From contig JAGWWP010000005.1 of assembly GCA_018970325.1 (NCBI GenBank), positions 1,594 through 65,593 of the forward strand: DNA of 64,000 bases, read 5' to 3'. Made by a program: the position numbers and the translations under genes. Shown in pieces: positions 8,401-18,986 of this stretch. How positions within the stretch are numbered: position 1 is the first letter of the stretch; each line of letters opens with the position of its first letter. Source of the DNA: Cyanobacteria bacterium REEB446. Lineage in GTDB: Bacteria > Cyanobacteriota > Vampirovibrionia > LMEP-6097. The notes beneath the pieces are model-generated. The model was given only the letters and a program-made list of their open reading frames with translations, was not told the DNA's origin and did no database searches.

Positions 8401-9198
8401 TCAAACACCGTCATCGCTAGCTATTATTTTTTTTCTTTTCCTTAAAACCTTACCCAAAGTACTAAATATCTGCGTTCTTTTGCTGCGATTATGATAAATA
8501 TGCTTATAAAAATCACTCAGCTCTTGCTCTAAAGCTGCGAGGCTGTCATACCGCTTTAATTTTCCCTGCTTTGCCATAGAAATATCACCAGTCTCCTCTG
8601 AAACTACGAAACACAGAGCATCTGTAACTTCACTAAAACCGATAGCAGCCCTATGTCTAGTTCCATACTGCCAATCTAGCTTAGGGTTCTCCGTCATCGG
8701 TAATATAACACTAGCTAGGGCAAGCTGAGTTCCACGAATAATAACAGCACCATCGTGCAAAGGAGATTTATTATCAAAGATAGTCATCATCAGCTCCGTA
8801 GAAATATCTGCATTAATAGGGAAGCCTGCATTAATGTAATAACGCTCTGCCTGAGACTTTTCTACGATAATCAAAGCCCCTACTCGCCTCTTCTGTAGCA
8901 TCTCTAAAGAAGCGACAATATTTTTATTCGCCTTCTCTAGCTGATCTAAAGATTTATGGCCGTCTATATAATTTAGAAGATTAAACTCACCACCTAACTG
9001 AATCAATACTCTGCGAAATTCAGGAGCAAATATAACGATTAAACCCACAATAAAAGTCTGTGAAAATATCTCAAAAATTTTAGTAAGTATACTTAGTTTC
9101 AAAATATAACAAAGCATCATTACCGGCAGAAGCATAATTAAACCTCTTAGGATTCTCTCTGCCTGTGTGCCTTTAAAACGATCATAAGCCTGATACAC
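8401..9198 (-). CDS. cdaA: diadenylate cyclase (c-di-AMP synthase), membrane-anchored
   Basis: Three N-terminal hydrophobic helices followed by a DAC domain with the hallmark DGAVII, GTRHRAA and SEETG motifs. Confidence 0.8.
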   Translation of the reverse strand: MYQAYDRFKGTQAERILRGLIMLLPVMMLCYILKLSILTKIFEIFSQTFIVGLIVIFAPEFRRVLIQLGGEFNLLNYIDGHKSLDQLEKANKNIVASLEMLQKRRVGALIIVEKSQAERYYINAGFPINADISTELMMTIFDNKSPLHDGAVIIRGTQLALASVILPMTENPKLDWQYGTRHRAAIGFSEVTDALCFVVSEETGDISMAKQGKLKRYDSLAALEQELSDFYKHIYHNRSKRTQIFSTLGKVLRKRKKIIASDDGV

Positions 9199-9381
9199 TA
9201 ACCAAGCTAAAATCGCAAGCTGTATCGCTACAGTAAAAAGACTTACAGTATTAAACTCTATATCTAAAAACTTATATAAAAGCTCGCCTACATCTAAATA
9301 GTTCAGCTCTAGACTAGTGTTATCAACTGGGATAGTGGTACAACCTCCTTAAGAAGACGATGAAGCCTTCTCATTACTTCC

Positions 9382-10782
9382 CTAAGATAAACTCTGAGGC
9401 AATTCATCCCATTGTACGACATCCTCATAAGTCTCTCTTCTTATAATAATATCGGCTCTGCCGTTATTTACAAGTAGCATGGCTGGTCTTCGCACTCGAT
9501 TATAGTTACTTGCCATACTGTAATTATAAGCACCAGTCGAATAGACTACCAATACATCATCATGATTCAGCTCTGGAAGATCGATATCACGAATCAGTAT
9601 ATCCCCAGATTCACAGAATTTACCTGCGATAGTGACTTTTTCTGTTTTAGCATCACCAATCTTTCCATCTACCTCAGCATAGTAACGAGCTTGGTACATA
9701 ATGTGCCTAACGTTATCTGCCATACCACCATCAACAGCTACAAACTTACGCAGATTCGGAATATTTTTAATATTCCCGACCTTATAAGCCGTTATACCAG
9801 CGGGTCCTACTATACTTCTACCAGGCTCCACTATTACTCTTGGCAAATCTAAATTCAGTGCTTTACAGTTAGCAACTATAGAATCAGCCACCACTTTCAC
9901 CCAGTCATTAATCTCTGGAGGATCATCGTGCTCATGATATTTAATACCTAAACCACCACCGACATTAATATCCTGTAAGCTAATGCCGTATTTATCCTTA
10001 AGGCTTTTGTATTGATTCAGTAAAACTCCCGCAACATCGTTATGCGGCATGGTTTCAAATATCTGTGAACCTATATGAGCATGCAAACCCTTAATGTTTA
10101 TATTTTTATACTTCTCTTTTAGAGCAAGTATTCTAGAGATAAGTTCATCAACCTGAGACAGATCAAAACCAAACTTACTGTCAATTCTGCCAGTCTTAAT
10201 ATATTCATGCGTATGGCATTCGATACCCGGAGTCACTCTAATAGAGAGGTTCACTACCGTATCTACAGAAAATTTTTCACGAAGGAGCTCTGAAATAAGT
10301 TCTAATTCATAAAAATTATCAAGCATAATAGAACCGATTTGATTTTCTATCGCCATCTCAAGTTCATCTTTGCCCTTGTTATTACCATGAAAAATAATTT
10401 TTTCCTTTGGGAAGCCTACCGACAATGCCGTAAATAGCTCTCCACCACTGACCACATCAATACCTAAGCCCTCGCTGTCTATAATCTTGCAGACCGCTTT
10501 ACAGTTAAGTGCCTTACTTGCATAAATAACTAAGCTTTCACCTGAATAAAACTCCTTAAAAGCATTTACATAGAGCCTTGCACGAGTACGAATAGTTTCT
10601 TCGCAGAGAATATATAAGGGGCTACCATATTTAGTAAGTAAATCTTTTACTTTAAGTCCTGCTATTGTAATATTATTGTTTGCATCCACCGCATAACTAA
10701 GCGGTTTCAAGTGGCTAGAAATTTGATCTAATTTAGAACTAAGAGAAGCACCTTGAGCTATCATAGGACACGATACTAGCAT
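9382..10782 (-). CDS. lysA: diaminopimelate decarboxylase (PLP-dependent Orn/DAP/Arg decarboxylase fold)
   Basis: HAHIGSQ, GGGLGI and EPGRSIVG motifs. 466 aa is the long-form LysA length. Confidence 0.8.
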   Translation of the reverse strand: MLVSCPMIAQGASLSSKLDQISSHLKPLSYAVDANNNITIAGLKVKDLLTKYGSPLYILCEETIRTRARLYVNAFKEFYSGESLVIYASKALNCKAVCKIIDSEGLGIDVVSGGELFTALSVGFPKEKIIFHGNNKGKDELEMAIENQIGSIMLDNFYELELISELLREKFSVDTVVNLSIRVTPGIECHTHEYIKTGRIDSKFGFDLSQVDELISRILALKEKYKNINIKGLHAHIGSQIFETMPHNDVAGVLLNQYKSLKDKYGISLQDINVGGGLGIKYHEHDDPPEINDWVKVVADSIVANCKALNLDLPRVIVEPGRSIVGPAGITAYKVGNIKNIPNLRKFVAVDGGMADNVRHIMYQARYYAEVDGKIGDAKTEKVTIAGKFCESGDILIRDIDLPELNHDDVLVVYSTGAYNYSMASNYNRVRRPAMLLVNNGRADIIIRRETYEDVVQWDELPQSLS

Positions 10783-10785
10783 AAA

Positions 10786-12489
10786 ATGAAAGCCTTTTTA
10801 GCACAAATTAACCCTATAGTCGGCGATCTTAGAACTAATTTCGAGAAGCACGTAGATATTATTAATATAGTTAATAGTAAAAAAGATTCTAATCCTAAGT
10901 TAATCATATTTCCAGAGCTTAGTTTAATCGGCTACCCCGCAAGAGACTTACTATTTAAAAAAGAATTGTTAATTAGGCAAGGTGACTATTTAAAACAGCT
11001 CTCCGAACTCTGCCCTGCGAATTTAGGTATATTAGTGGGTGGAGTAAGTTCTAACGACACTACTGGTAAAGAGCTTTTCAACTCGGTATTTTTTATAACT
11101 TGGAATAAAGTAGCTGACGTATTTAGAAAAACTTTACTCCCTAATTACGATGTATTTGACGAGACCAGATATTTCGAATCCAATAAAGAATTTAAAACTT
11201 TAGATTTCGGTGGATATAAGCTGGGAATCAGTATCTGCGAAGATCTGTGGGCAGATGAACTTAAAAATCTCTACGATATAGATCCCATAGCTAAATTAAC
11301 CAAGCTCGGAGCTAAATTGATTATTAACTGCTCTGCATCTCCCTATTACATCAATAAAATTAAACTTAGACAGAGCCTTATTACTCACGCAGCTGAAAAG
11401 CACCAAGTACCAATACTGTACTGCAATCAAGTAGGTTCTAATGACCACCTAGTCTTTGACGGTGCTTCGCTCGTGGTAAATAAGCATGGCTATGTAACTA
11501 GACAGGGACGCTCTTTTATTGAAGACCTTATGGAGATAGATATCGAATCTCTTATGAAAAATGAGGAAAAAGCATTTCACGACAATCTAGACTCAAATAT
11601 AATCGAAGAGAACAATACTGAACTCTTTATCAGCGATATAAAAGCCTATGGTGAAATACTCTCTGCTCTCAAGCTCGGCATACAAGATTACTTTAAAAAA
11701 TGTGGTTTTAAAAAAGCGATACTAGGTCTTTCTGGTGGAATAGACTCGGCTCTAGTCGCCTATTTAGCAGTTCAAGCCCTCGGCAAAGACAATGTCAGCG
11801 GAATAATGTTAGCTTCTAAATTTACAAGTACTGAGAGCTTGAAAGACGCTCAGCAGCTTGCAAAAAATCTTGGCATAGACTACCGTAGCATTAGCATAAA
11901 AGAACTTCATGAAACAATGCTGGAGACTGTACCCAAAATAAGTAAACTTGCAAAGGAGAATGTCCAAGCAAGACTCAGAGCAAATATCCTCTTAGCTATT
12001 TCTAACACCGAGGGTTCACTATTATTAGCTACCAGCAATAAATCCGAGCTAGCTGTAGGTTATGCCACTATTTACGGTGACACCTGTGGCAGCATAGCTC
12101 CCATAGGTGACCTATTGAAAACAGAAGTCTATGCCCTAGTAGATTACATTAACCAAAATACTATTTCATTAGATGTGGGCCTTACTATCCCTGACAATAT
12201 CTGCAAAAAAGCTCCGACAGCTGAATTAAGAGAAAATCAAAAAGATGAAGACAGCTTACCAGCTTATTCTAAGCTAGATGCAATTATTATGAATTACGTT
12301 GAAAAGCGCAAATCACTTACAGAAATAGTCGAAATGGGCTTCTATGAACCAACTGTACTCAGCATCTTAGGCATGATAGATAGAAACGAATATAAAAGAC
12401 AGCAATATCCACCGATTATTAAAGTTAAAGAATTAACTTTCGGATATGGTAGAAAAATGCCAATAGCAGCTAAATATGAGCATTACTGA
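10786..12489 (+). CDS. nadE: glutamine-dependent NAD+ synthetase
   Basis: N-terminal nitrilase/CN-hydrolase domain (Glu and Cys sites in ...FPEL... and ...ICED...) fused to an NAD-synthase PP-loop (GLSGGIDS). Confidence 0.85.
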   Translation: MKAFLAQINPIVGDLRTNFEKHVDIINIVNSKKDSNPKLIIFPELSLIGYPARDLLFKKELLIRQGDYLKQLSELCPANLGILVGGVSSNDTTGKELFNSVFFITWNKVADVFRKTLLPNYDVFDETRYFESNKEFKTLDFGGYKLGISICEDLWADELKNLYDIDPIAKLTKLGAKLIINCSASPYYINKIKLRQSLITHAAEKHQVPILYCNQVGSNDHLVFDGASLVVNKHGYVTRQGRSFIEDLMEIDIESLMKNEEKAFHDNLDSNIIEENNTELFISDIKAYGEILSALKLGIQDYFKKCGFKKAILGLSGGIDSALVAYLAVQALGKDNVSGIMLASKFTSTESLKDAQQLAKNLGIDYRSISIKELHETMLETVPKISKLAKENVQARLRANILLAISNTEGSLLLATSNKSELAVGYATIYGDTCGSIAPIGDLLKTEVYALVDYINQNTISLDVGLTIPDNICKKAPTAELRENQKDEDSLPAYSKLDAIIMNYVEKRKSLTEIVEMGFYEPTVLSILGMIDRNEYKRQQYPPIIKVKELTFGYGRKMPIAAKYEHY

Positions 12490-13387
12490 CACACAGATAA
12501 GCAGAGATTCTTTGGATGGCTCTCCCTTAATTAAACTTGGTGAAATTTCGTATATTAACTGTGAAATTTTTAATTACCCTTTAAATAAAATTATTCATTC
12601 TCAGAATTTAAAAAATGAAGGGAGTGAAGCTAGCCAAGATGCTTTTAAAATAAAGATTAGCAGCGGCGTGCCAAGTCACTTAAATAAACTCTTTGCAGAA
12701 GGTCTAATAGACGCTGCTCCTATTTCTAGCTTTGCCTATCTCAAAATAAAAGAACACTGTAAATTGCTCAAACGAATTTCTATTAGTGCCTTTGGCAAAG
12801 TTCAAAGCGTATTATTCTTCTCTGCTCAAAATTTAAAAGAACTAAAAAGCTTACAACAAGAGGGTTTACAACCCCAAATATACACAAGTGAAGAAAGCGC
12901 AAGTTCCGTAGGTTTATTAAAAATCCTGTTAGCCGAAAAATATTCTTTAGATATTAATAATATTGAATTCCTTAGATTTTCTGGCAGGGGAGAGGGCTTA
13001 GCGAATAAATTATTAATAGGTGATAAGGCTTTGCTTGAAGCGAACCAATTATCACACGATGCTGAGGTTACAAATTACCAGCATGTTTATGATCTTGGAG
13101 AAGAATGGTTTGATTTATCGAATGGATTACCAATGGTCTTTGGGCTTTGGGCTCATAAACTAAATCCCCAGAAGGAAAAATTCTTACAAGAGATTATCCT
13201 TACAGCAAAAACTATGGGACTTAATCAAGATTTAGATAAAATAATAGACGTAACCCACTCTAAGACTAACTTACAGAAAAATGTTTTAAGTAATTATTTT
13301 CAGACTTTAAATTATGATTTCACCGATGAACATATACAGGGATTAGCTCTATACGAAAGCTATTTAAAGAAGTGGGCTTTGATTTAA
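12476..13387 (+). CDS. MqnA/MqnD-family protein (futalosine-pathway menaquinone biosynthesis, PF02621-like)
   Basis: LIKLGEISYINCEIFNYPL matches the (R/K)xGxISYLNxxP signature at the N-terminus of MqnA/MqnD. Length fits at 303 aa. Confidence 0.45.
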   Translation: MSITDTQISRDSLDGSPLIKLGEISYINCEIFNYPLNKIIHSQNLKNEGSEASQDAFKIKISSGVPSHLNKLFAEGLIDAAPISSFAYLKIKEHCKLLKRISISAFGKVQSVLFFSAQNLKELKSLQQEGLQPQIYTSEESASSVGLLKILLAEKYSLDINNIEFLRFSGRGEGLANKLLIGDKALLEANQLSHDAEVTNYQHVYDLGEEWFDLSNGLPMVFGLWAHKLNPQKEKFLQEIILTAKTMGLNQDLDKIIDVTHSKTNLQKNVLSNYFQTLNYDFTDEHIQGLALYESYLKKWALI

Positions 13388-13415
13388 ATAAAAACCGACA
13401 CATAATCCCATTTTC

Positions 13416-13751
13416 TTAAAGAAACCGCTGCACAATAGCTCTAATCTCCTCATCAAGCATTAAATCAGCCACTTCAGGTATATCTTTCTCTAAAGCATAT
13501 CGCAAAAGTCTTTTAACTAGCAATTGAAAACCTCTCGGTGAAGCAATTTCGAGATGCAAGCCTAAGGCATCTGCAAGTTGAAGTACAGTAGAAAACTGTA
13601 TATTCTCCTCAGCTTGTTCAAAACGTGAAATAGTTTGAGTGCTAATTCCGGTTAAGGCAGATAATCTTTTTTGAGATACTTTCTGCTTTTTTCGCTCAGA
13701 CTTAATCTCAGTAACTATAGTTTTTAAATATTTTTGAATATGCCGTTCCAT
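13416..13751 (-). CDS. XRE-family HTH regulator (HipB-like antitoxin), located downstream of hipA
   Basis: HTH motif QKRLSALTGISTQTISRFEQ. Overlaps the hipA 3' end by 28 nt. Confidence 0.6.
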   Translation of the reverse strand: MERHIQKYLKTIVTEIKSERKKQKVSQKRLSALTGISTQTISRFEQAEENIQFSTVLQLADALGLHLEIASPRGFQLLVKRLLRYALEKDIPEVADLMLDEEIRAIVQRFL

Positions 13752-14905
13752 CTTTTTTTAATATGCTCCCTAAAAGCTTTTCTCAACGAAGGATTTACCT
13801 TTTTACAAGCTTCTATAAAATCATAGACTTGATCCAACTTAGAGGAAAAATCTTTTACCGCCTGTTCTAAAACAGCTTCACGTAAATTAAAATCTGCACA
13901 AAGTATCTTTAAATGCTTAGCTTTAATATCGCCTAAGGGCAAGTCAAGTTTAGAATTAAACCCTAAAGCTAAATTAGGAGTTAGTTCTTCATAATATCTC
14001 ACAAAAACCATATCATACAGAGGGCTTAACTTTAGACCAGCAGCATTATGTAACATAGCAAAATTTTTCAAATGTGCATCAGTATTGCCTAAAAGTATAC
14101 AAGCCAAAACCCTTCTAAAGAGCTTTTCAACGTCAACTTTATTACACAGTTCACTATTATTCATATAATCAGCTAAATCTTTATAGCTTAAATCATATTT
14201 ATCTATAGCCTTCATGTGTAGCAGCGAAGCAAATTCTTCAAAATGTACTTTAGTTTTATTTTCAAGCCTATCAAAGCGTTTCACCAATAATGCCTCACCA
14301 ATACCTTCTATCTCAGCAAGCTGAGTTTCTGCAACTTCATCAGGCCTGAGTAAAATTTCAGCTACCTTCATGCAAAGATATTCATTCTCTAAAATTAATG
14401 GATACTTACCTTTCAGCTTCGCAATATACGTAGAAGTCTCTCCTAAATTGACAGGTGCGAAACCATTTTCTCCTAAAGTTACTAGTATTTTAGGCTGCAC
14501 ACCAGACATAGAAGCTTTAGATTTCACAGCTATTTTTTTCACATAATCATTTTTATCAAGGTGGATTTGATACTGTGGATCTGGATCGACTACCGTCACA
14601 GCTCCGATCAAATCATAACCAAAAGCCATTAATAATTTAAATCTATCATTTTCACGGATACCTAAGGCTCTAGCTTGAATCTGTGCAAGCCATCCCTCTG
14701 CGACAAGATTATCAAAAAAAGGATGTAAGCCGTTTTCAGAATAATGCTTATTTATATTTAAAGGTAATGTTACCGATACTGGATTATTACTGCTTTGTAT
14801 AAAACTCTCATCATAAGTAAAACAAGTTCTTCCACCTGGTTGTTCTTCTAAGTAACCAACAAAATCATCATTTAAATAGACTTTCGCCCAATTAGAATTA
14901 GCCAT
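13724..14905 (-). CDS. hipA: HipA-family serine/threonine kinase toxin
   Basis: HipA N-terminal region, a P-loop-like SGVQPKILV (cf. HipA GAQxK) and catalytic DAHLKNFAM (D-x-H-x-K-N). Confidence 0.75.
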   Translation of the reverse strand: MANSNWAKVYLNDDFVGYLEEQPGGRTCFTYDESFIQSSNNPVSVTLPLNINKHYSENGLHPFFDNLVAEGWLAQIQARALGIRENDRFKLLMAFGYDLIGAVTVVDPDPQYQIHLDKNDYVKKIAVKSKASMSGVQPKILVTLGENGFAPVNLGETSTYIAKLKGKYPLILENEYLCMKVAEILLRPDEVAETQLAEIEGIGEALLVKRFDRLENKTKVHFEEFASLLHMKAIDKYDLSYKDLADYMNNSELCNKVDVEKLFRRVLACILLGNTDAHLKNFAMLHNAAGLKLSPLYDMVFVRYYEELTPNLALGFNSKLDLPLGDIKAKHLKILCADFNLREAVLEQAVKDFSSKLDQVYDFIEACKKVNPSLRKAFREHIKKRWNGIFKNI

Positions 14906-14910
14906 ATATA

Positions 14911-15010
14911 ATATCCAATATATTAGATATTATACCCATTTAAGCATTGAATATCTAATATATTAGATATTTAATAATATTATTTTTAAAGTATCCAGTA
15001 TATTAGATAT
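14911..15010. promoter_or_regulatory. three 20-bp palindromic operator-like sites at 40-bp spacing in the hipA/nagZ divergent promoter region
   Basis: ATATCCAATATATTAGATAT (14911-14930), perfect palindrome ATATCTAATATATTAGATAT (14951-14970), GTATCCAGTATATTAGATAT (14991-15010). Confidence 0.5.
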
Positions 15011-15055
15011 TTTAAAACTTAGATAATAAAATATCCATGAGATAATTAAAGCATT

Positions 15056-16675
15056 ATGCAACTCAGCAATCTCTTCATCTGCGGCTTTAAGGGAGCCACT
15101 TTAGACAAAGAAACCGCAGATAAACTTTTAGAGTTAAAGCCAGCTGGATTAATTCTCTTTGATACCAATATAGAAGAGCCTGAACAGTTAAAAAAACTCA
15201 TCACCGATTTAAAAGATTTACTAGGCGAAGATATTTTAATTAGCGTCGATCAAGAAGGCGGTAAGGTAGAGCGCATCAGAAAAGTTTCGGCAAGCTTGCC
15301 AAGTCTCTATGCTCTAGGTACTGCTAGTAGAAAGAATCCAGATTATTTAAATTCACACACTCAGCTCTTTGCTTCTGAATTAATTGATTTGGGCTTTAAT
15401 CTAGTTTTCGCTCCCTGCTTAGATTTAAATACTAATCCTCTTAATCCCATTATCGGTACTAGAAGCCTTGGGAATGACGCTAAGTTAGTCTCAGAGCAAG
15501 CTACTGCCATTATCAGTGAATTAAAAAAATACCCCCTACTTAATTGTGCCAAACACTTTCCTGGACACGGCGACTCTAGTAAAGATTCGCATTATTCTCT
15601 ACCTTACATAGATCTAAGCGAAGAATCATCCTTTAATAATCATCTAGAGCCTTTTCGTGCAGCGATAAACTCTGAAATAGACATGGTCATGACTGCCCAT
15701 GCTATTTATAAGCTTCCCGAGAGCATTCAAAAAAAACTCTTAGGAAATACTTCTGATCACAATAAAGTTACGCAGGAAATATTAGAAAAACTACCAGCAA
15801 GCATTAATCCTTTTTTCGTGGAAGGTCTTCTTCAGCAAGAACTTAAGTTTAAAGGTCTGTGTGTAACTGATGAAATTACGATGAAAGCTCTGAGTGCATT
15901 TGGGGATTATAAAAGAATCTGTGAATTAATGATAAAGGCTGGCAATGATCTAATTATCTGGAACACTAATCTAGACGAAGCCTTAGAAATAGAGAGATCT
16001 AGCCCTACCTGCCATTTCAGTAAATCTTTGCGTGAGCGTATCGAAAATTCCATCGAAAAAATTAAACTAACTAAAAATCAGCTTAAAACTAAAAAAATAA
16101 CAGTGTTAGAAAGCCAACACAGTTCTAACTTAGATAAGAACAGTACTATAAAACACACTTTAGGCGCTAGCCATAGAGAAAAATTAATACAAGAGATGTC
16201 AAACATAGTTCAAGACAGCATTCAAATAAAATACAAAGCTCAAAATGGTTTAAATGCTGAGTTGTCCAGTTTGCTCCCACTTAAGCCTGATTATATTCTT
16301 GTTTTTGAACACCCTAAGCTAGAGAGCGAAGTGATCATGAAAGTATTTCCAGAAGCCAAATTAATAAAATTTTCCGCGGGAACTGAGTCTCTGATTGATT
16401 TAATATTAGGCCACCTGGAAAAAGAATTAAACGAAATCTCAAAGAGTACTTTAAAATATTTGATATTAACTTTCCAGTGCTGGAGCGATCCAAAATTAGA
16501 AAATCTTATTAAAGATGGAGCTACACAGCTGTCTCTTATTTTAAATTTTAAAAAACACTTTCCTAATACTGTTCATGTTGAATGTGATTTTGATAGTGAA
16601 ATCGCTGACATTAATCTAGCTGGTGCAAATTTCGTACACTATAAAGCACTAACCAAGATTCTCACACTTCTTTAA
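15056..16675 (+). CDS. nagZ: beta-N-acetylhexosaminidase, glycoside hydrolase family 3
   Basis: GH3 signature KHFPGHG and a catalytic-Asp region (SVDQEGG). Confidence 0.75.
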   Translation: MQLSNLFICGFKGATLDKETADKLLELKPAGLILFDTNIEEPEQLKKLITDLKDLLGEDILISVDQEGGKVERIRKVSASLPSLYALGTASRKNPDYLNSHTQLFASELIDLGFNLVFAPCLDLNTNPLNPIIGTRSLGNDAKLVSEQATAIISELKKYPLLNCAKHFPGHGDSSKDSHYSLPYIDLSEESSFNNHLEPFRAAINSEIDMVMTAHAIYKLPESIQKKLLGNTSDHNKVTQEILEKLPASINPFFVEGLLQQELKFKGLCVTDEITMKALSAFGDYKRICELMIKAGNDLIIWNTNLDEALEIERSSPTCHFSKSLRERIENSIEKIKLTKNQLKTKKITVLESQHSSNLDKNSTIKHTLGASHREKLIQEMSNIVQDSIQIKYKAQNGLNAELSSLLPLKPDYILVFEHPKLESEVIMKVFPEAKLIKFSAGTESLIDLILGHLEKELNEISKSTLKYLILTFQCWSDPKLENLIKDGATQLSLILNFKKHFPNTVHVECDFDSEIADINLAGANFVHYKALTKILTLL

Positions 16676-17774
16676 ATTCGATCACTTTCTTTTTTATAAT
16701 CCTATCTTTAAAACTAAACTTCTTGTTCTTCTCTCTTTGAGCTAAAAGAACAGCTGCATTCATCTCACCTAAAACCTGGCAAAGCTTAAAAGTAACATAA
16801 TGCAATTTTTTCTTATCAAATAAAACTAAGACGTAGAGTAATTCACAAGCTACATAAAATATTTTCAAATGCAGATAAAGAGGGATTCTTGCGATTTTAA
16901 TTCTAGTAAATTCTGGATAAAACAATCTATCACCACTATTGATTTGGAATAGATCTGGGGCAGAACGCTTAAGTCTGTCAGTATGAGCTATCCAATAGAG
17001 GCTTCTACCTGTTTTAAAATAACTAGTTCTTACATAATGCTCGTCGAGATGTTCTGGTTTGATAGGATGAAAAACTATGCATTGCGGTACATATAGCATT
17101 GGAATATTTATAGCAGCAAGATAATCAAAAAATTCATAATCCTCATGTGAGCCAAGACCACCTTCAGCATTAGCTCCTAAGTCCACTCTGAAAATTCCAC
17201 AGTTAATAAAAATTTCTCTGCGGATAAAAACATTTATACCTGATGGGTAATCCGCTTTACCAAACTCTGTATCGAAAGGGTAGAACCTCTCTTCATCACC
17301 ATAGCTATGTCCTCTAAAAACCTCTTGATCAACACCATAAGGTGGCTCTAAATCAAGCCATTCAGGCAAAGCATCCTCCCAAAGAGGTATAGAGCGTCCC
17401 CCATAGACACCTATTTCATGCTGTAAACAATTAGAAGCTAACTTATAAGCTTCTCTCAGCCAGTCCTCATCCAAAGAAATATCATCATGCAGAAAGGCCA
17501 GCAGATTACCTTGCGACTTCTCTATTCCAGTATTGCGTGCAGCGGCAATACCTTGTATAGGTTCAAAGACATACTTCACGCTTAAAGTATTCGCTTCAAT
17601 AAATTTATAAATAACAGCTTTAGTGTCATCTCCAGAATTATTATCAACAAGAATTAATTCAATAGACTGCTCTTCAGGAGCTAAACTTACATGCTGCTCT
17701 AAAATATCATTTAACAATTGCTCGAGCAAATTTGCTCTATTATATGTGGTGATTATTATACTCAGTTTAATCAT
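16662..17774 (-). CDS. family 2 glycosyltransferase
   Basis: LSIIITTYNR...LILVDNNSGDDT, a GT-A fold DxD-type N-terminus. Confidence 0.75.
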   Translation of the reverse strand: MIKLSIIITTYNRANLLEQLLNDILEQHVSLAPEEQSIELILVDNNSGDDTKAVIYKFIEANTLSVKYVFEPIQGIAAARNTGIEKSQGNLLAFLHDDISLDEDWLREAYKLASNCLQHEIGVYGGRSIPLWEDALPEWLDLEPPYGVDQEVFRGHSYGDEERFYPFDTEFGKADYPSGINVFIRREIFINCGIFRVDLGANAEGGLGSHEDYEFFDYLAAINIPMLYVPQCIVFHPIKPEHLDEHYVRTSYFKTGRSLYWIAHTDRLKRSAPDLFQINSGDRLFYPEFTRIKIARIPLYLHLKIFYVACELLYVLVLFDKKKLHYVTFKLCQVLGEMNAAVLLAQREKNKKFSFKDRIIKKKVIEFKEV

Positions 17775-17783
17775 TGAGGAACT

Positions 17784-18935
17784 ATGTTAATTGACGATTT
17801 TGATTTTGAGCTACCAGGGGAATTAGTCGCTAAGTATCCACTAAATAAAAGGGATAATTCTCGCTTGCTTTATTATAAGCGAGAAATTCAGGAAGCACCA
17901 AATCCCCAAGGCACTATTTCACAAGAACTTAATAAAAATATCGAACATAAATCCTTTCAAGATATCTGCTCCATTTTAAAAGCAGGTGATATTTTAGTCA
18001 GGAATGTCACTAGAGTGTTAGCGGCGAGATTTTTTGTGATAGATAAAGAGAAGCCTGAAAACAAAGCCATTGAAATACTTCTGGTTAAGGAAAACGCAGA
18101 AATTGGAGTTTGCGAGCAGTCCCATGATAAAAAATATCGCTGGACGGCTCTAGCCAAGCCTAGGAAAAAAATTAAAACTAATCCTCAATCTTATATCATA
18201 AGTGGCTCATCCGAAGAAATAATTATTTTCAAGGGAAACACAGAAAATGGAGTTGTGCAGCGATCTTCGAATGAAGATGGGATGATGATCGTCGAATTCA
18301 AAAGCTATGAGCAATTTATAAACATAATCACGAATCACGGCACTATGCCTATACCACCTTATCTACAAAGGAGTGCTGAAGATAGTGATAAAGAACGCTA
18401 TCAGACAGTCTATTCTAAACAAGACTCTCTCGGCAGCAGTATTGCAGCGCCTACTGCTGGATTACATTTCACCGAAGAAATTATTCAAGCACTTACAAGA
18501 AAAGGAGTTGAATTTATAGACTTAAATCTAGATGTAGGCATAGGAACCTTTAAGCCTGTCAGCGTAAGCGAAGTAAAAGACCATAAGATGCATTTCGAGA
18601 CTTATGAAATTATCTCTGAAAACTGGGATAAAATTCAGTCAGCCAAAGCAGAAGGGAGAAGGATAATCGCTATCGGCACTACTAGCTTACGCTGTCTTGA
18701 AAGCATAGCTATCACAGGTAAATTACGTGGCGAGACTGATTTATACATATACCCTGGGAATTTTAAATTTAAAATTATAGATGGGCTTCTCACTAATTTT
18801 CATCTACCTAAATCCACTTTACTACTATTAGTAAGCACATTAATTGGCATAGAGGAATGTAAAGCTCTTTACAGGATAGCCGTTGAAGAAAAATATCGAT
18901 TCTTTAGTTATGGTGACTGCTGCCTTTTGCTTTAA
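17784..18935 (+). CDS. queA: S-adenosylmethionine:tRNA ribosyltransferase-isomerase, with an in-frame repeat insertion
   Basis: DFDFELPGELVAKYPL...RLL matches the QueA N-terminus. C-terminal LHFTEE, GTFKP and IAIGTTSLR motifs also match. 383 aa is ~35-40 aa longer than typical. The core repeat at 18094-18123 encodes ...ENAEIGVCEQSHD.... Confidence 0.85.
   Translation: MLIDDFDFELPGELVAKYPLNKRDNSRLLYYKREIQEAPNPQGTISQELNKNIEHKSFQDICSILKAGDILVRNVTRVLAARFFVIDKEKPENKAIEILLVKENAEIGVCEQSHDKKYRWTALAKPRKKIKTNPQSYIISGSSEEIIIFKGNTENGVVQRSSNEDGMMIVEFKSYEQFINIITNHGTMPIPPYLQRSAEDSDKERYQTVYSKQDSLGSSIAAPTAGLHFTEEIIQALTRKGVEFIDLNLDVGIGTFKPVSVSEVKDHKMHFETYEIISENWDKIQSAKAEGRRIIAIGTTSLRCLESIAITGKLRGETDLYIYPGNFKFKIIDGLLTNFHLPKSTLLLLVSTLIGIEECKALYRIAVEEKYRFFSYGDCCLLL
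18094..18123 (+). repeat. core repeat copy inserted in-frame inside queA
   Basis: ACGCAGAAATTGGAGTTTGCGAGCAGTCCC. Confidence 0.55.
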
Positions 18936-18936
18936 A

Positions 18937-18966
18937 ACGCAGAAATTGGAGTTTCGCTATACGCCC
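18937..18966 (+). repeat. core repeat copy between queA stop and adk start
   Basis: ACGCAGAAATTGGAGTTTCGCTATACGCCC begins 1 nt after the queA stop and ends 21 nt before the adk ATG. Confidence 0.55.
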
Positions 18967-18986
18967 ATGTTAGAATTTTCCAATAC

